DNA from: Piromyces finnis finn
Lineage: Eukaryota > Fungi > Neocallimastigomycota
Direction: 5' to 3'
DNA: 64,000 bases
Assembly: GCA_002104945.1 (NCBI GenBank)
Contig: MCFH01000077.1
Span: 1 to 64,000 of the forward strand
Shown here piece after piece: positions 1 to 11,987 of this stretch. The notes under the pieces are model-generated. The model searched no databases. It was not told the DNA's origin and worked only from the letters and a program-made list of their open reading frames with translations. The translations under genes and the position numbers were made by a program. Numbering within the stretch: position 1 is the first letter of the stretch; every line of letters begins with the position of its first letter.

Positions 1-1042
1 ATAATATTAATTAATAGCTTTTAAAGTGACTCAAATATTAATGAGGGAAAAGATGAAGAGAACAAACAATAAATTTAAACCTTTTAAATTATAATCAATC
101 AAAAATGAAAGAGACAATAATTTGAAGATAAAAATCATCAAAAATTACATTTATAATTTTTATCAATAATACTGCAAAAAAATTAATAATTATTTTAATT
201 CATTTTTAGTGATTTGTAACAATTAATTATTTGTTATATTACTAATAATTTATAGAATATTACCATTCTAATTTATTCTTACTCTATAATTCATAGTTTG
301 TCTATATGTATTTTTATTACTAACTTTATAAAAGGCTTTAATAAAAATATATATAATTTAGATTAAGGAAAAAAAATATAATAATATATTTTAATAATAA
401 AATCAACTAAATAGTAAATAAAACCAAATGTAAGCCAACTAAATAAATAATAAACATAAATAAAAATTTTGTAATAAAAGATTTTACCTATACTGTTTAA
501 TGTGTATTATTTAATTATTCAAAATAAATAATAGCAAATATTAAAATATATAATTTTATAAATAGTGATTAATAACTCTTTTTTTCAAAAATTAAAAAAA
601 ATATTACATTTTATCATCTGAAAATAGTATATAAGGAAATATAAGAATTAATAATATTTAATGGTTATTAAAATAAATTCTTTAAACTACCTCTATCCGT
701 TTAAACAATTTTATTAATCAGAAATCATTTTACTATATTAACTATTTAAAAAATATGAATTGTATTAAATTTTATATTTCTTTTATTTTTTTATAAAAAT
801 AAATATAATAATTTATAGTATAGTTAATTAGTACATTTATTAATATTAATTATAATTATTTATTAATTTTTATATATAAAAATAGTTTGTTATTTATAAT
901 ATATTCAATCATTAATATATGCACATTATTATATCAAATAAAATTATATTTATTTGTCATTTTAATTTCTATAATTTAATATAGTAATTTTATAAAATTT
1001 CTATTTTCAATTATAAAAATTTCCAAAAAAAAGTAAGAGGTT

Positions 1043-2791
1043 TTAATAATACAAAATTGTTTGTTGGTTGTTTGGAGTTGTATAATAAATTGGAATGTTT
1101 TGATTTTCATTGTAATATTGGTTAGATTCAATGGATAATAAATTAATTTCATTACTTGAATAGGAAGAAAAGGTATTCATTGAAGTTTCATTACTTGGAA
1201 TTGTTGGAGTAAAGACATCATCATTACTTGAAACTATTGGAGTGAACATAGTTTCATTACTTGGAATTGTTGGTGTTATGATTATTTCATCATTTGGGGT
1301 CAATGGTGATAAAGATGAATAGGAAGATGATGGAGAAAGTGAAGGTTCGGAAATTATTGGAGATAAAGAAAAAATGTTATTATTGTTGCTGCTACTGTTA
1401 ATTAATAAAAATTGATCATTATTTTCATATTGATCATCAATTTTATATTGATTAATTTTAATATTTTCATTAATATTTTTACAAATATTATCATTCGATG
1501 GAATGATTACTAATTGAGATGAAATTTCAGGAATATAAGATGAATCTTTTGGTGATATTAAATAAGTAGTTCTAGTTAAATAAGTAGTTCTAGTTAAATA
1601 AGTAGTTCTAGTTTCATTATTATTGTATTTATTGCAGTTATTGTAGTTATTGCAGTTATTGTAGTTATTGCAGTTATTGCAATTATTGTTTTCATTTTGA
1701 ATTTCATTTTGATTATGATGATCATATGAATTTGAATTTTTTCTTTTAATATTTATTGGTTTTAATTGGCTTTGTTTTGACTTTTTTGAATGTTCTTTAA
1801 TGGTCATTTCAATTTTATTCATGATTGATTCTTCATAATGACATATATGAGAATATTTCTTGTCTTTACAAAGTTCATTCCAAATTCTAGAAACCAAAGT
1901 ACTTGTAATCAAATCGACATTGTTATTCACCCTCTTAAGAATCATTCCCCATAAAAGTTTTATTTGTTGAGTAGTTTTAGCATATTTATTTAAAGATCTG
2001 CATAAACGTTCATAATCTTGAATTATTTTGAAATTTCATATTAGTATTTATTCATTTTATTTAAATATTTATATTTATATATATTTATATTTATATATAT
2101 ATTTAATAATAAAATAATGTTTATTTAATATACATATAATATACATACTTGGTTGAATTTTAAATTCTTCAAGTTGATCAATAAGTTTTGCACAAAGTAA
2201 ATAACGATAGGCTTGAGTTCTATAAATTATAATATAATAAATAAAATATAATAAAATATAATAAAATATAATATTATTAATTATTTAAAATATTTAATAA
2301 TTTATATATACTTTATACCATTTTATATTTTATATTTTTTATTTTTACTTACTTTGAAATATTCCATTTTGATTTTACATAATCATCAAGATTGTAACCT
2401 TGATTAAGATATTCTTTTGAATTTAAAGATTGATGGATATCGTTAATGTATCTTTTAAATTCTTCTTGCTTTAAAAGATATGCATTAAGTGGACTAAAAA
2501 TTTTGAATTTCGATTATTATTCATTAATATAAAGAATATATAGATAGAATAAAAATAATAATGATAAAAATAATAAAAATAATAAAAATTATATTATATA
2601 TAGATATATATAGATAGAATAATAATAATAATAAAATTATGTTAGAAATAATGTAATTAAAAAAATAAACAATATAAATCTACTAAAGTATTAAATATAA
2701 TTGATAATTGATAATTGAAATGTGATGGATAATGAATAATGGATGATAATACTTATAATACTTACTTTTCTAAAGAGCAAAGATCATTCAT
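1043..2791 (-). CDS. 4-exon gene, paralog 1 of an unannotated putative DNA-binding (HTH-like) family, about 403 aa; exons 2791-2766, 2493-2353, 2219-2149, 2016-1043
   Basis: GT-AG splicing gives one open frame: MNDLCSLENPLNAYLLKQEEF...YVKSKWNISKTQAYRYLLCAKLIDQLEEFKIQPNYERLCRSLNKYAK...LLWGMIL, joining ORF 1043..1945. Exon lengths 26/141/71 nt and intron phases match the two paralogs. C-terminal half is N/S/P-rich and low complexity. Confidence 0.85.
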
Positions 2792-3769
2792 TTTTGTCAA
2801 AGATAAAATGTTTGAATTTTAAATATTATTAAAATTGAATTATATTGTTCTTTGAAGACAATGAAAACACAATGAGAACAATGTAAAATTAAAAATGATA
2901 TTGTTTTCTTTCTTTTTTTTTAATTTAAATTTAGTAGGACAAAATTAAAGAAATTGAAAAATAAATTAAAGCTATTGTTTTAAAAATAAAATGAGAAAAA
3001 AAGAGAACAATGGCTTTGTATTTATAGTCTCTCCTATGCAACCTTAAGAATTATAAAAATCAAAAATTTAATATATCAAAACATTATAAAAAAGAGTTTA
3101 GTAATAAAATAAAAAAAATAAAAACAAAGTTTTAAGAATAAATTAAAACAACATTTCAATTTATTTAAATTCACCTATTGGCTATTTGAAATTAAATCAA
3201 AGAAAACATTTCATTTATTTTATATTATTTTATATTATTTAATATTTTATTTTATTGAAGAAAAAAAAGATATTTTTTATTATTTCTAAATAAAAAGTAG
3301 TCAATAAAAAAATTAATAACAAAAATTAATATAAAATTAATATATAATTTAATATAAATATATTAAATAAATAAACATTAATAAGAAGTAATCTCCGATT
3401 GCAAACAAGTATTAAAAACAAAATAACTATTTATATGCAAATATTTTAAATATTTTGTAAATATTTTATTTTTTTTTTGAAAATATCTAGATCTAAATCA
3501 ATATATTAATAAAATATATTGATATGTAAAATTTGTACAATGTTATTGATCATTAACTAATTAGTTTATTAACTAACTAATTTATAATCTTCAAGAAAAA
3601 TAATTAAATATAAAAATTTAATATTAATAATTTTATGAATTTATATACTTTTGTAAATAAAAAAGGATAATTAAGTTGAAAGTGCTGATGAATATAATGA
3701 TAACATAGGTTAGATTATATTCAATATTTTAGTTTATATCACTTTCTAGTAAAAATTCACGGAAATTTA

Positions 3770-4396
3770 TGATACAATATTTTTATAAAGTAACATAAAA
3801 TAATATTTATTTGTTTTTAGGACTAAGCAAGTGGGAATAGTATAAAGTAATATATTCTAACAAAGAAAATTAACTAAGAATAATTTATTGTAAAATTATA
3901 ATAACACTAAAACTAGAATAATAATATTTGTTTTTTTTTATAATATATATATTTTTTTTTTAATCTTTATTTATTAATAAATATTTTAAGAGGTTTATAA
4001 GTAAAATTAAGAATAAGAATAAAATACTAAGATTTAATATCTTTAATAAAAATATAGAATTATTCAACTAAATAATAATTCTCTTCCAAAAAAAATAATA
4101 ATATAATAAAATAAAATAATCCTAAAAGTTTTACTTATTCTTTTTTTTTTTTTTATAACTTATTTTTATCTTTCCTAATTAACGTCTTTTTCTTTATAAT
4201 ATTTTTTTTTCTTTTTTTCTATATCTATTTCTATCAACTCCGCTATAATACTATTATTAATTATATTACATTGAATAAATTCTTGTACATATTTAATTAC
4301 ATTACTTAAATGTAAGAATTAAATTATTATTATAATTTAACCTATTTTCACCTATAATTTATTATTATTTCTTATTTTTATAGTAACAACGTATCA
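3770..4396 (-). repeat. 3' LTR of element A (627 bp)
   Basis: Termini TGATAC...GTATCA form a 6-bp inverted repeat. The first ~470 bp nearly match 10995..11461. The PPT abuts position 4396. Confidence 0.85.
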
Positions 4397-4410
4397 AGAC
4401 GCCCTCACTT
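4397..4410 (-). other. Polypurine tract of element A
   Basis: Minus strand reads AAGTGAGGGCGTCT immediately before TGATAC, similar to the PPT of element B (GGGAGGGCGT). Confidence 0.7.
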
Positions 4411-4642
4411 AGTCTAGACTTCGTCCCCTGAAGTCCAGCTTAGTGTTCTTGTCATAATACCTTGAATTAATATTAAAGTTATTTTATTATTTTTTTTTTT
4501 TTTTTTTTTTTTTATTATATTATATTATATTATATCATTTTATATTATATTATATTATATTATATTGTACTATTTATCTAAAAATGTCCTATAAATTATC
4601 TTAAAAATATAATTTAAATTTTTCTAATATTTTATATATAAA

Positions 4643-4686
<44 letters not shown>

Positions 4687-5078
4687 GTAAGTTAACTGAA
4701 TATTAATAACTATATAATTTATATATTATAATTTGATGTAACTATAATCTAATGATTATTATTATTATTATTTTTTTTATATATTCATATTCTTATATAT
4801 ATATATTTTTCTATTATTTTATTATTTATATATTTTTATATATTTATATATTTATTTATTCTTATGTTAATGAAATTTAAACAAACCATTGTTAAAATGT
4901 GATCTGAAATTTGAATTTGGAAATTTTAATTTGAAATTTGAATGGATTTCATCAGGATTAAAAAAATGATTTTCAGGATGTTGTGATTATATATATATTA
5001 TTTGTTCTATGTATTCTCATTCATATCTTCTTCTTCCGTACGTATTACCATTTTATTCTATTAATATTGAATTTTAAA

Positions 5079-5112
<34 letters not shown>

Positions 5113-5179
5113 TTTATTTATTTTATTATTATTATTATTATTATTATCATCATTATTTTTTTTTTTTTTTTTTTTTTAA

Positions 5180-8100
5180 TTATAATTCCTCGTCTAGATT
5201 AATTTCTGTTATATAAGGAATAACATTTTTTAAATGAATATTCCTTTCTGCAATTTCCTTTGTGATTGGATCACAAACGGTTACAGTATTTAATTCCCTT
5301 TTTACAATTTCTAAAGGTCCTGTAAAGAACGGGTCTAGTTTCCTCCTATTAAATACTTTTACAAGAATTAAGTCTCCAGGTTTGTAATCACTTTTCATTC
5401 TTTTAATTTGTTTACGGCGATCTTCCCATAGTCTATTTGCCGTTTCAATATTTTTTATAGCTTCTCTTATCCATTGATCATGAGTAATAAATTTCCGTAG
5501 CCAATATTCATCTTCATTTTCTAATTCATTCTTCTTTTCAATATTGATTGATAATTCGAAGGGTTGTAAATCTCTTCTTCCGTACAGTAGTTCAAAACTA
5601 CTGTGTTTCGTAACTTCACTTTTACATGTCCTTAAGGCCCAAAGTGCACTGTAAAGAGTTTCGTCCCATTCGTCATATTTTTCCCCTAATAGTCGTAAGT
5701 ATTTTCCTATTTCACGATTCCTATTTTCTACTTCACCATTAGATGCAGGGTGGTAAGTAGTAATGTAATGGACATAAACATCATGTAGGTCTAAGAAGGC
5801 TTTTGTTTTATCAGAAGTAAACTGCGGTCCGTTGTCCGTTACTAATATTTCAGGTATCCCATGTCTAGAAAAAACCTGTTTTAAGAATTTTATTACGTCT
5901 TCTGATTCAGCTGACTTTAAGGGTTCAGCTTCTACCCATTTAGTTAAGTAATCTACTAATACTATAATATATTTGTTTTTATTTTTTGTAATAGGTAGAG
6001 GACCTATTAAATCTAAGCCTACTCTTGAAAATGGATAACTGGGAGGGGTAGCAATATCTTCTGAATATTTGTTTAATGATTGAGGCCTACAGGTTTGACA
6101 TCTATGGCAACACTTAATATAATTTATTATATCACTTTTCATATTTTTCCAATAATAACATTTTTTTAATCTATTATAGGTTTTATAAACACCTTCATGA
6201 CCAATCTGATGAGCACCCTTTATTAAATTTGCTTTCAGGTTAGTATCATCAATAATTTTTCTTAATATATCTCCTTGCTTATAGTATTTTGCATCATCCA
6301 GCTCAATAATTCTTGTATTTATAAATTCTCTCATATAATTATTAAGACTATCATTATCATTAGTATTATAAGTTATATTAATTGTTTCATAATTATCATT
6401 ATTATTATCATTTTTAGAGTTTTCTCCTTCTTTTACTGTATCCAGTCTTGATAATGCGTCTGCAATCACGTTTTTTCTCCCTTCCTCAAATTGAACTTCC
6501 ACGTTCAATATACTTAATTCAGTTACCCATTTGAGATGGCGACTATTGGTAGGTTCCCTTTTTTTAAATATACTAACCAACGGTTTGTGGTCAGTAATAA
6601 CAGTAGTAACCATTGAGTTACCTGTTATAAAAGATTTAAACTTTTTTACACAGTGAAATACAGCTTTACCTTCCAAGTCGGTAATGCTGTAATTAGCTTC
6701 AGAAGTTGACAAGGACCTACTTTCGAAATAAAGGGGAAGTTCATCGTTATTCTCGTTCTTTTGCAATAATACACCGCCTAAACCATCTCTTGAGGCGTCT
6801 GTCCTGATAATGAAAGGTTTGGAATAGTCTGGGGAGGAAAGAATAGGAGCTACCATTAACCGGTTTTTTAATTCTTCAAAAGAAATAGTACAATCATCAG
6901 TCCAAATGAAAGGTACGTCTTTTTTTGGTAAATTAAATAAAGGTTTAGCTATCTGAGCAAATTTGTTAATAAATTTTCTATAATATCCAATAGCTCCGAG
7001 GAAGGATTTTAATTGTGTTACATTTTTCGGTGGGACCCAATTATTAATAACACGTATTTTATCTGGAATTGGTGAGATACCATCAATTGTAAGTATATGA
7101 CCTAGTAGTTCAACTTTTGTTTTAAAGAAATCACATTTTTCAATATTAATTTTTAATTTGTTATTTAATAAAATTTGAAAGACTTTAGAAAGATGATTTA
7201 TGTGGGATTCAACTGAATCTGAGAAAATAACTAAATCATCTATGTACACGAACATGCAGGATCCGATAAGGTCAAAAAATATCCTGTTCATTTCACGCTG
7301 AAATGTAGCAGGGGCGTTACATAATCCAAAAGGCATGACCTTGAAGTTGTAATTGCCAAACATCGTGGTGAAAGAAGTTTTGTCTTTATCCTTGGGATCC
7401 ATAGGGATTTGATGATATCCCGAAAATAAATCAATAGTGGAAAGAATTTTTGAATTTTTATTAATAAAAGTAAGTATCTCGTCAATTAAAGGTAATGCAT
7501 AAGAATCTTTTAATGTTATATTATTTAACTGACGATAATCAACACACATTCTCCATTTTCTATTCTTTTTAGAAACTAAAACCACAGGAGATGCCCAAGA
7601 AGAACTGGAAGGTTCAATCAATCGGTTTTTAATTAGCTTTGATAATTCACCTTTCAAAGCTTCCATTTGGGATTTAGAGAGTCTATAAGCACGTTGCTTA
7701 ATTGGTTGTGAATTTGGAATCAATTCAATTTTATGTGGAAATAAATTGGATCCACCTAAATCATCTGTACTAACAGCAATTACCTCCTTATACTTTTGGA
7801 ATAGTTCAACGGTTTCTGCTTTAACTTCAATCGGTACCGTATTAATTATATCATTGATTAAATTTTCTTTTAAATTCACATTATTACCATTATTAAAATT
7901 ATCTACCTTATTGACAGTGATCGTTAATAGATTAGGTTCCTCGCATTCAGTAGTATTCTCATTCACAGTGGAGGTTGGTTGGATATCGTAAGTGAGGTCT
8001 GCTAATTTCAAGTAATTTCCATTATCATCAATATGATATAAACAATCACTCACTAAATTAATATCAAATCTATTTCTTTTTAACGAATCTACACCAAGTA

Positions 8101-9595
8101 ATATATCAAATAGATCATCCTTCTCAATTACCCTAAAGTAGTCGTTGAAAGTAATATTACCAATGGAAATGTTTAAATCATAAATCTCAGTATCTATAAC
8201 AGAGTTTGAGTAAGCTTGAAATATCGTTTCCGAGATTCTTCCAACAGCTGGTTTGTTAATATTATATTTCTTTAGAGCGGTACGTGTAATAATATTTACA
8301 CTGGCACAAGTGTCCAGAAAAATATTACATGAAACTTCTTCAACTTTTCCTTTAACTTTAATTATTTTATTTTTACTTATTGCTGTCATTACGTTTGTAA
8401 TGGTATTTTTAGGTTGAAGTTTTAACGCTTTTAGAAATTCCGTTCTAAATTTCGGGAACAAGTCCAATAGGTAAGCTAACTTTGTCATTACTTCGGTTGA
8501 AGCAACTTCCTTAATTAAATCTTGTATATAATATTTTTCAAAATCTTCCATTAGGTTAATATGTCTTTCTTTCAGTTTCTCAGGTAATTCTTTTTGTACT
8601 AATTTTATTGAAGTATTATCACTATTTTTAGTAGAATTATTACTAACATTTACTCTTTCACTCATCTCTTTAAATTTCACTTGTTTATTTTTTTTCTTAA
8701 CATTATTTATATTTTTATTTGCAATTATGGAAGGATCTAAAAATTTTAATTTCTCTGTTTTATTAATATTTTCATCTTGTTTATTTAGATTTTTCTTTTC
8801 CTTTGCTATTCTCCTATTGTTTTGTGATTGATCGTTATCCACAAGGTAAGTTTTATTGAGAGATTCAATATCTGATTCTTCGCTTTGATTATAGTCTTCT
8901 TCTAATACCATGTCTTCATCTTCTTTCTCTACAGGTATTATTTTATCACTTTTTAATTTTTTATTACTATCTATTTTATTACTTAATTCACTTTCATTAA
9001 CACCATTTTTATTATGATTACTATTATTGTCTTCAATACGGGGATTTATATTTATACTACCAACGTCTACATTGCTTTTGACCTTGCTATTATTTGTAAT
9101 CTTGTTATTATTACTTACATTTTCATAATTGTCTGTATTTGGAAAATGGAGATCTGGCAACTTAGCATTATAATTCATTGCATCGGTCTGTATGGGCCTT
9201 GGATTATCTTTCAATTTTGATTTTAGTTTATCATTATGGTATGGATTACTTCTATTATTGTTATCCTTTTCTCTACGAGTAGCGACAGCCACCATTTCAG
9301 GAGAATCATTATTGAGATAACCAATTTCATTATTATAACCACTGTGTAATGTGCTTGTTTCTTGTATATATGTATTGTTGTAATTATTATTGAATAAATT
9401 ATCCTCAACATTTGTATTATCATAAATATTATCGTGTTTTTTATTATAATTATTTTGATCACCATTAACAATAGTCATCAAATTATTTTTATTATTGTTA
9501 TTATTATTATATTTCATATTGTTATTTATATTATTAGGGTGGATTATAGTGGTTTGATTAATGGAAGTTGTCCTTCTTCCATTTATTAGTTTAAA
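5180..9595 (-). CDS. pol: Pol polyprotein of element A (protease, RT, RNase H, integrase), entered by predicted -1 frameshift
   Basis: Motifs: FLDTCASVN (PR), YIDD (RT), TDASRDGLGGVL (RH), H-H-C-C and D-D-E with TDNGPQF (IN). The frame stays open upstream of ATG 9517 to the slippery site at 9589..9595. No chromodomain. Confidence 0.95.
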   Translation of the reverse strand, partial: FKLINGRRTTSINQTTIIHPNNINNNMKYNNNNNNKNNLMTIVNGDQNNYNKKHDNIYDNTNVEDNLFNNNYNNTYIQETSTLHSGYNNEIGYLNNDSPEMVAVATRREKDNNNRSNPYHNDKLKSKLKDNPRPIQTDAMNYNAKLPDLHFPNTDNYENVSNNNKITNNSKVKSNVDVGSININPRIEDNNSNHNKNGVNESELSNKIDSNKKLKSDKIIPVEKEDEDMVLEEDYNQSEESDIESLNKTYLVDNDQSQNNRRIAKEKKNLNKQDENINKTEKLKFLDPSIIANKNINNVKKKNKQVKFKEMSERVNVSNNSTKNSDNTSIKLVQKELPEKLKERHINLMEDFEKYYIQDLIKEVASTEVMTKLAYLLDLFPKFRTEFLKALKLQPKNTITNVMTAISKNKIIKVKGKVEEVSCNIFLDTCASVNIITRTALKKYNINKPAVGRISETIFQAYSNSVIDTEIYDLNISIGNITFNDYFRVIEKDDLFDILLGVDSLKRNRFDINLVSDCLYHIDDNGNYLKLADLTYDIQPTSTVNENTTECEEPNLLTITVNKVDNFNNGNNVNLKENLINDIINTVPIEVKAETVELFQKYKEVIAVSTDDLGGSNLFPHKIELIPNSQPIKQRAYRLSKSQMEALKGELSKLIKNRLIEPSSSSWASPVVLVSKKNRKWRMCVDYRQLNNITLKDSYALPLIDEILTFINKNSKILSTIDLFSGYHQIPMDPKDKDKTSFTTMFGNYNFKVMPFGLCNAPATFQREMNRIFFDLIGSCMFVYIDDLVIFSDSVESHINHLSKVFQILLNNKLKINIEKCDFFKTKVELLGHILTIDGISPIPDKIRVINNWVPPKNVTQLKSFLGAIGYYRKFINKFAQIAKPLFNLPKKDVPFIWTDDCTISFEELKNRLMVAPILSSPDYSKPFIIRTDASRDGLGGVLLQKNENNDELPLYFESRSLSTSEANYSITDLEGKAVFHCVKKFKSFITGNSMVTTVITDHKPLVSIFKKREPTNSRHLKWVTELSILNVEVQFEEGRKNVIADALSRLDTVKEGENSKNDNNNDNYETINITYNTNDNDSLNNYMREFINTRIIELDDAKYYKQGDILRKIIDDTNLKANLIKGAHQIGHEGVYKTYNRLKKCYYWKNMKSDIINYIKCCHRCQTCRPQSLNKYSEDIATPPSYPFSRVGLDLIGPLPITKNKNKYIIVLVDYLTKWVEAEPLKSAESEDVIKFLKQVFSRHGIPEILVTDNGPQFTSDKTKAFLDLHDVYVHYITTYHPASNGEVENRNREIGKYLRLLGEKYDEWDETLYSALWALRTCKSEVTKHSSFELLYGRRDLQPFELSINIEKKNELENEDEYWLRKFITHDQWIREAIKNIETANRLWEDRRKQIKRMKSDYKPGDLILVKVFNRRKLDPFFTGPLEIVKRELNTVTVCDPITKEIAERNIHLKNVIPYITEINLDEEL

Positions 9596-10686
9596 GGCTT
9601 CTTTAATAATCCTTTCTCTTCCATTTCAGCTAACTGTTTATAACTATATGGACAATTTGGCGATTTGTGCCCTACTTGGTTACATTTAAAACATGTAATA
9701 TTTTTATTTTCTCTATAGATTCTATTATCCTGATGATAGGTGTTATGATTGTTGTTATGGTTTTGATTACTATTATTATTAATAATGCTAGGATAAGCAT
9801 TATTTTCAATGTATGTATTCTGAGATTGGTTCCAATTTTTATAAGATGGTTTGTTTCTTGCCAGCATAACATTAGCTTGACCATACTTCATGTTATGATT
9901 AAAATTATTATTTCTTCTTTCATTGTTTTTAGCGTTATAATTCATTCCTCTGTTATTATTGTTTCCAAAGTTATTTTGAGGATAATTATTAATTTGTGAA
10001 TAGTCCATTAAGTTATTGTTTAAAGTATTTGGGTTTATATAATAAGGGGGAGTATTAAAATTTCCAAAGAACGGGTGACCTAAAAGAGGGTTATTGTACT
10101 GGTTATTAAAAGCTTGAGTAAGCATAACATTAGTTCCATTATTATTATTGCTAGAATTTGTTCCTGTAATTTCTCTTTCAGCTCCTTCGGCAATTTCAGC
10201 AACTTTATAAGCTTCATCTAAGGTAGAACATTGAGAGGTAATCACACTGGAACACGGATAGAATCTGGAATTAATTGCATTTGTATAATCTTTTACAGAG
10301 ATTAATTTTTTGAAATCCTCACTAAGATGGTTGTACATCTTTTTATGTCTACAATTAAATTTTCTTATAGTTTCACCCATATTAATCTTTATAGTTTTAA
10401 GGTTAGAGCATTTATCAGACTCTGTTATTTCTAACGAAGCTTCAATGGCTTTTTGAATTTCATGAAGACTTGGATAAATTTTCTTATTTCCTTCTTCTTT
10501 TACCAAGATATCTAAATCTCCATGAATTTCTTCTTCTACAGCTTCTTTCACCCAATTAAAAAGTTTTCTTGCATCTGTGATGTCATGCAAGTCCATAATT
10601 CTAGAAAAGTCAGACACCCAACTGTCGACATCTTTTCCATAATCTTCGAGAAGAGGAAGTACCCTTTGTAGTTTTGTAGCATCCAT
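9586..10686 (-). CDS. gag: Gag of element A
   Basis: 366-aa ORF upstream of pol with the zinc knuckle CFKCNQVGHKSPNC. Confidence 0.9.
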   Translation of the reverse strand: MDATKLQRVLPLLEDYGKDVDSWVSDFSRIMDLHDITDARKLFNWVKEAVEEEIHGDLDILVKEEGNKKIYPSLHEIQKAIEASLEITESDKCSNLKTIKINMGETIRKFNCRHKKMYNHLSEDFKKLISVKDYTNAINSRFYPCSSVITSQCSTLDEAYKVAEIAEGAEREITGTNSSNNNNGTNVMLTQAFNNQYNNPLLGHPFFGNFNTPPYYINPNTLNNNLMDYSQINNYPQNNFGNNNNRGMNYNAKNNERRNNNFNHNMKYGQANVMLARNKPSYKNWNQSQNTYIENNAYPSIINNNSNQNHNNNHNTYHQDNRIYRENKNITCFKCNQVGHKSPNCPYSYKQLAEMEEKGLLKKPLN

Positions 10687-10971
10687 TATATTATTATTTA
10701 ATTATTTACTTAAAATTATAAAATGTTTTAATTATGAGATTTGTTTTATAAAAAAAATGAATAAACTTAAATATAATAATTTATTTATTATTAAAAAAAA
10801 TTTTTTTTATATATATAATTATAAAAATATCTTAGTAATAAGAACTATCTTAATAAAAAAACGAATAAAACTAATATTAAAGTAATAATTTCTTTTATAT
10901 AATAAAAATAATAGTTAAAATTATTAATAATTATTCTTCTTTATTATTTTCATATTACTTTATCTTGCTTC

Positions 10972-10988
10972 GCCCGGATTCTCCACCA
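10972..10988 (-). other. tRNA primer-binding site of element A, probably tRNA-Ala
   Basis: Minus strand TGGTGGAGAATCCGGGC is the complement of a tRNA 3' end ...GCCCGGAUUCUCCACCA. It lies 6 nt inside the LTR edge. The Ala assignment is from recalled eukaryotic tRNA-Ala 3' ends. Confidence 0.7.
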
Positions 10989-10994
10989 AAATTA

Positions 10995-11461
10995 TGATAC
11001 AATATTTTTATAAAGTAACATAAAATAATATTTATTTGTTTTTAGGACTAAGCAAGTGGGAATAGTATAAAGTAATATATTCTAACAAAGAAAATTAACT
11101 AAGAATAATTTATTGTAAAATTATAATAACACTAAAACTAGAATAATAATATTTGTTTTTTTTTATAATATATTTTTTTTTTTAATCTTTATTTATTAAT
11201 AAATATTTTAAGAGGTTTATAAGTAAAATTAAGAATAAGAATAAAATACTAAGATTTAATATCTTTAATAAAAATATAGAATTATTCAACTAAATAATAA
11301 TTCTCTTCCAAAAAAAATAATAATATAATAAAATAAAATAATCCTAAAAGTTTTACTTATTCTTTTTTTTTTTTTATAACTTATTTTTATCTTTCCTAAT
11401 TAACGTCTTTTTCTTTATAATATTTTTTTTTCTTTTTTTCTATATCTATTTCTATCAACTC
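10995..11461 (-). repeat. Truncated 5' LTR of element A
   Basis: Matches 3770..4240 apart from small AT-run differences, then switches abruptly into the gag of element C. About 156 bp of U3 is missing. Confidence 0.85.
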
Positions 11462-11987
11462 TGTTAGAGAATTTAACCGTTCTTTTAACGACCTTTTGAA
11501 AGAAATTAAAGAAAGGGACAAGCCTTCTGAAGAAAGACTTGTTTTTCTTTATACAAAAGCTTTTAATAGGAGAACTTCTATATTAAATTCTCTTATTAAC
11601 AAACAACCAAAAACTTTAAAGGATGCTATGGTCATTGCTATTAAAGCAGATGAGCTTCTATCTGCTTATGAAAGTGATGATGATTATGTACCCAATAAAA
11701 GAACTCAAAACAAAAATAATTATTATAAGAGAAAAACAGAAGTTGAAGATAAAACCTCTTATAATAATAACGAAAATAATAGTAGTACTGATAATGAAAA
11801 GACTACTAAAGAAGAAGCTAAAGAATCAGATCTGGACGCTTTGACCAAAAGCTTTGCCCAGATGAAAATTCATATCTGCCACCGTTGTAACCAGAAAGGA
11901 CATGATGCCCGCTTCTGCCCAAACGAAATGACCGATGTGAACAAAATCATAGCTACCCTCCTCAAAACCCAAAACCATTTAAATTAA
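11460..11987 (+). CDS. gag: C-terminal part of Gag of element C (5' end lost)
   Basis: Frame reads SVREFNRSFNDLLKEIK...QPKTLKDAM...CHRCNQKGHDARFC (CCHC). No ATG start; the track start at 11496 is a TTG. Confidence 0.8.
   Translation, partial: SVREFNRSFNDLLKEIKERDKPSEERLVFLYTKAFNRRTSILNSLINKQPKTLKDAMVIAIKADELLSAYESDDDYVPNKRTQNKNNYYKRKTEVEDKTSYNNNENNSSTDNEKTTKEEAKESDLDALTKSFAQMKIHICHRCNQKGHDARFCPNEMTDVNKIIATLLKTQNHLN

Larger units (their letters stand above)
3770..11461 (-). mobile_element. Ty3/gypsy LTR retrotransposon A (non-chromoviral), intact gag and pol, 5' LTR truncated
   Basis: LTR copies start at 3770 and 10995. The element has gag with CCHC, PR-RT-RH-IN order, a PBS and a PPT. Confidence 0.95.

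Noticed and set aside
1850-2493. HMG-box call for the paralog family (PLNAYLL ... SRIWNEL..DKKY)
   Set aside because: After splicing, about 100 aa separate the two HMG-like patches, and the intervening sequence fits an HTH-type pattern better. Not excluded without a profile search.
4231-4236. CTATCA as the end of LTR A (TGATA...TATCA, 467 bp)
   Set aside because: Identity between the copies runs 4 nt past it and no PPT adjoins. The better end is GTATCA at 4396, next to a PPT.
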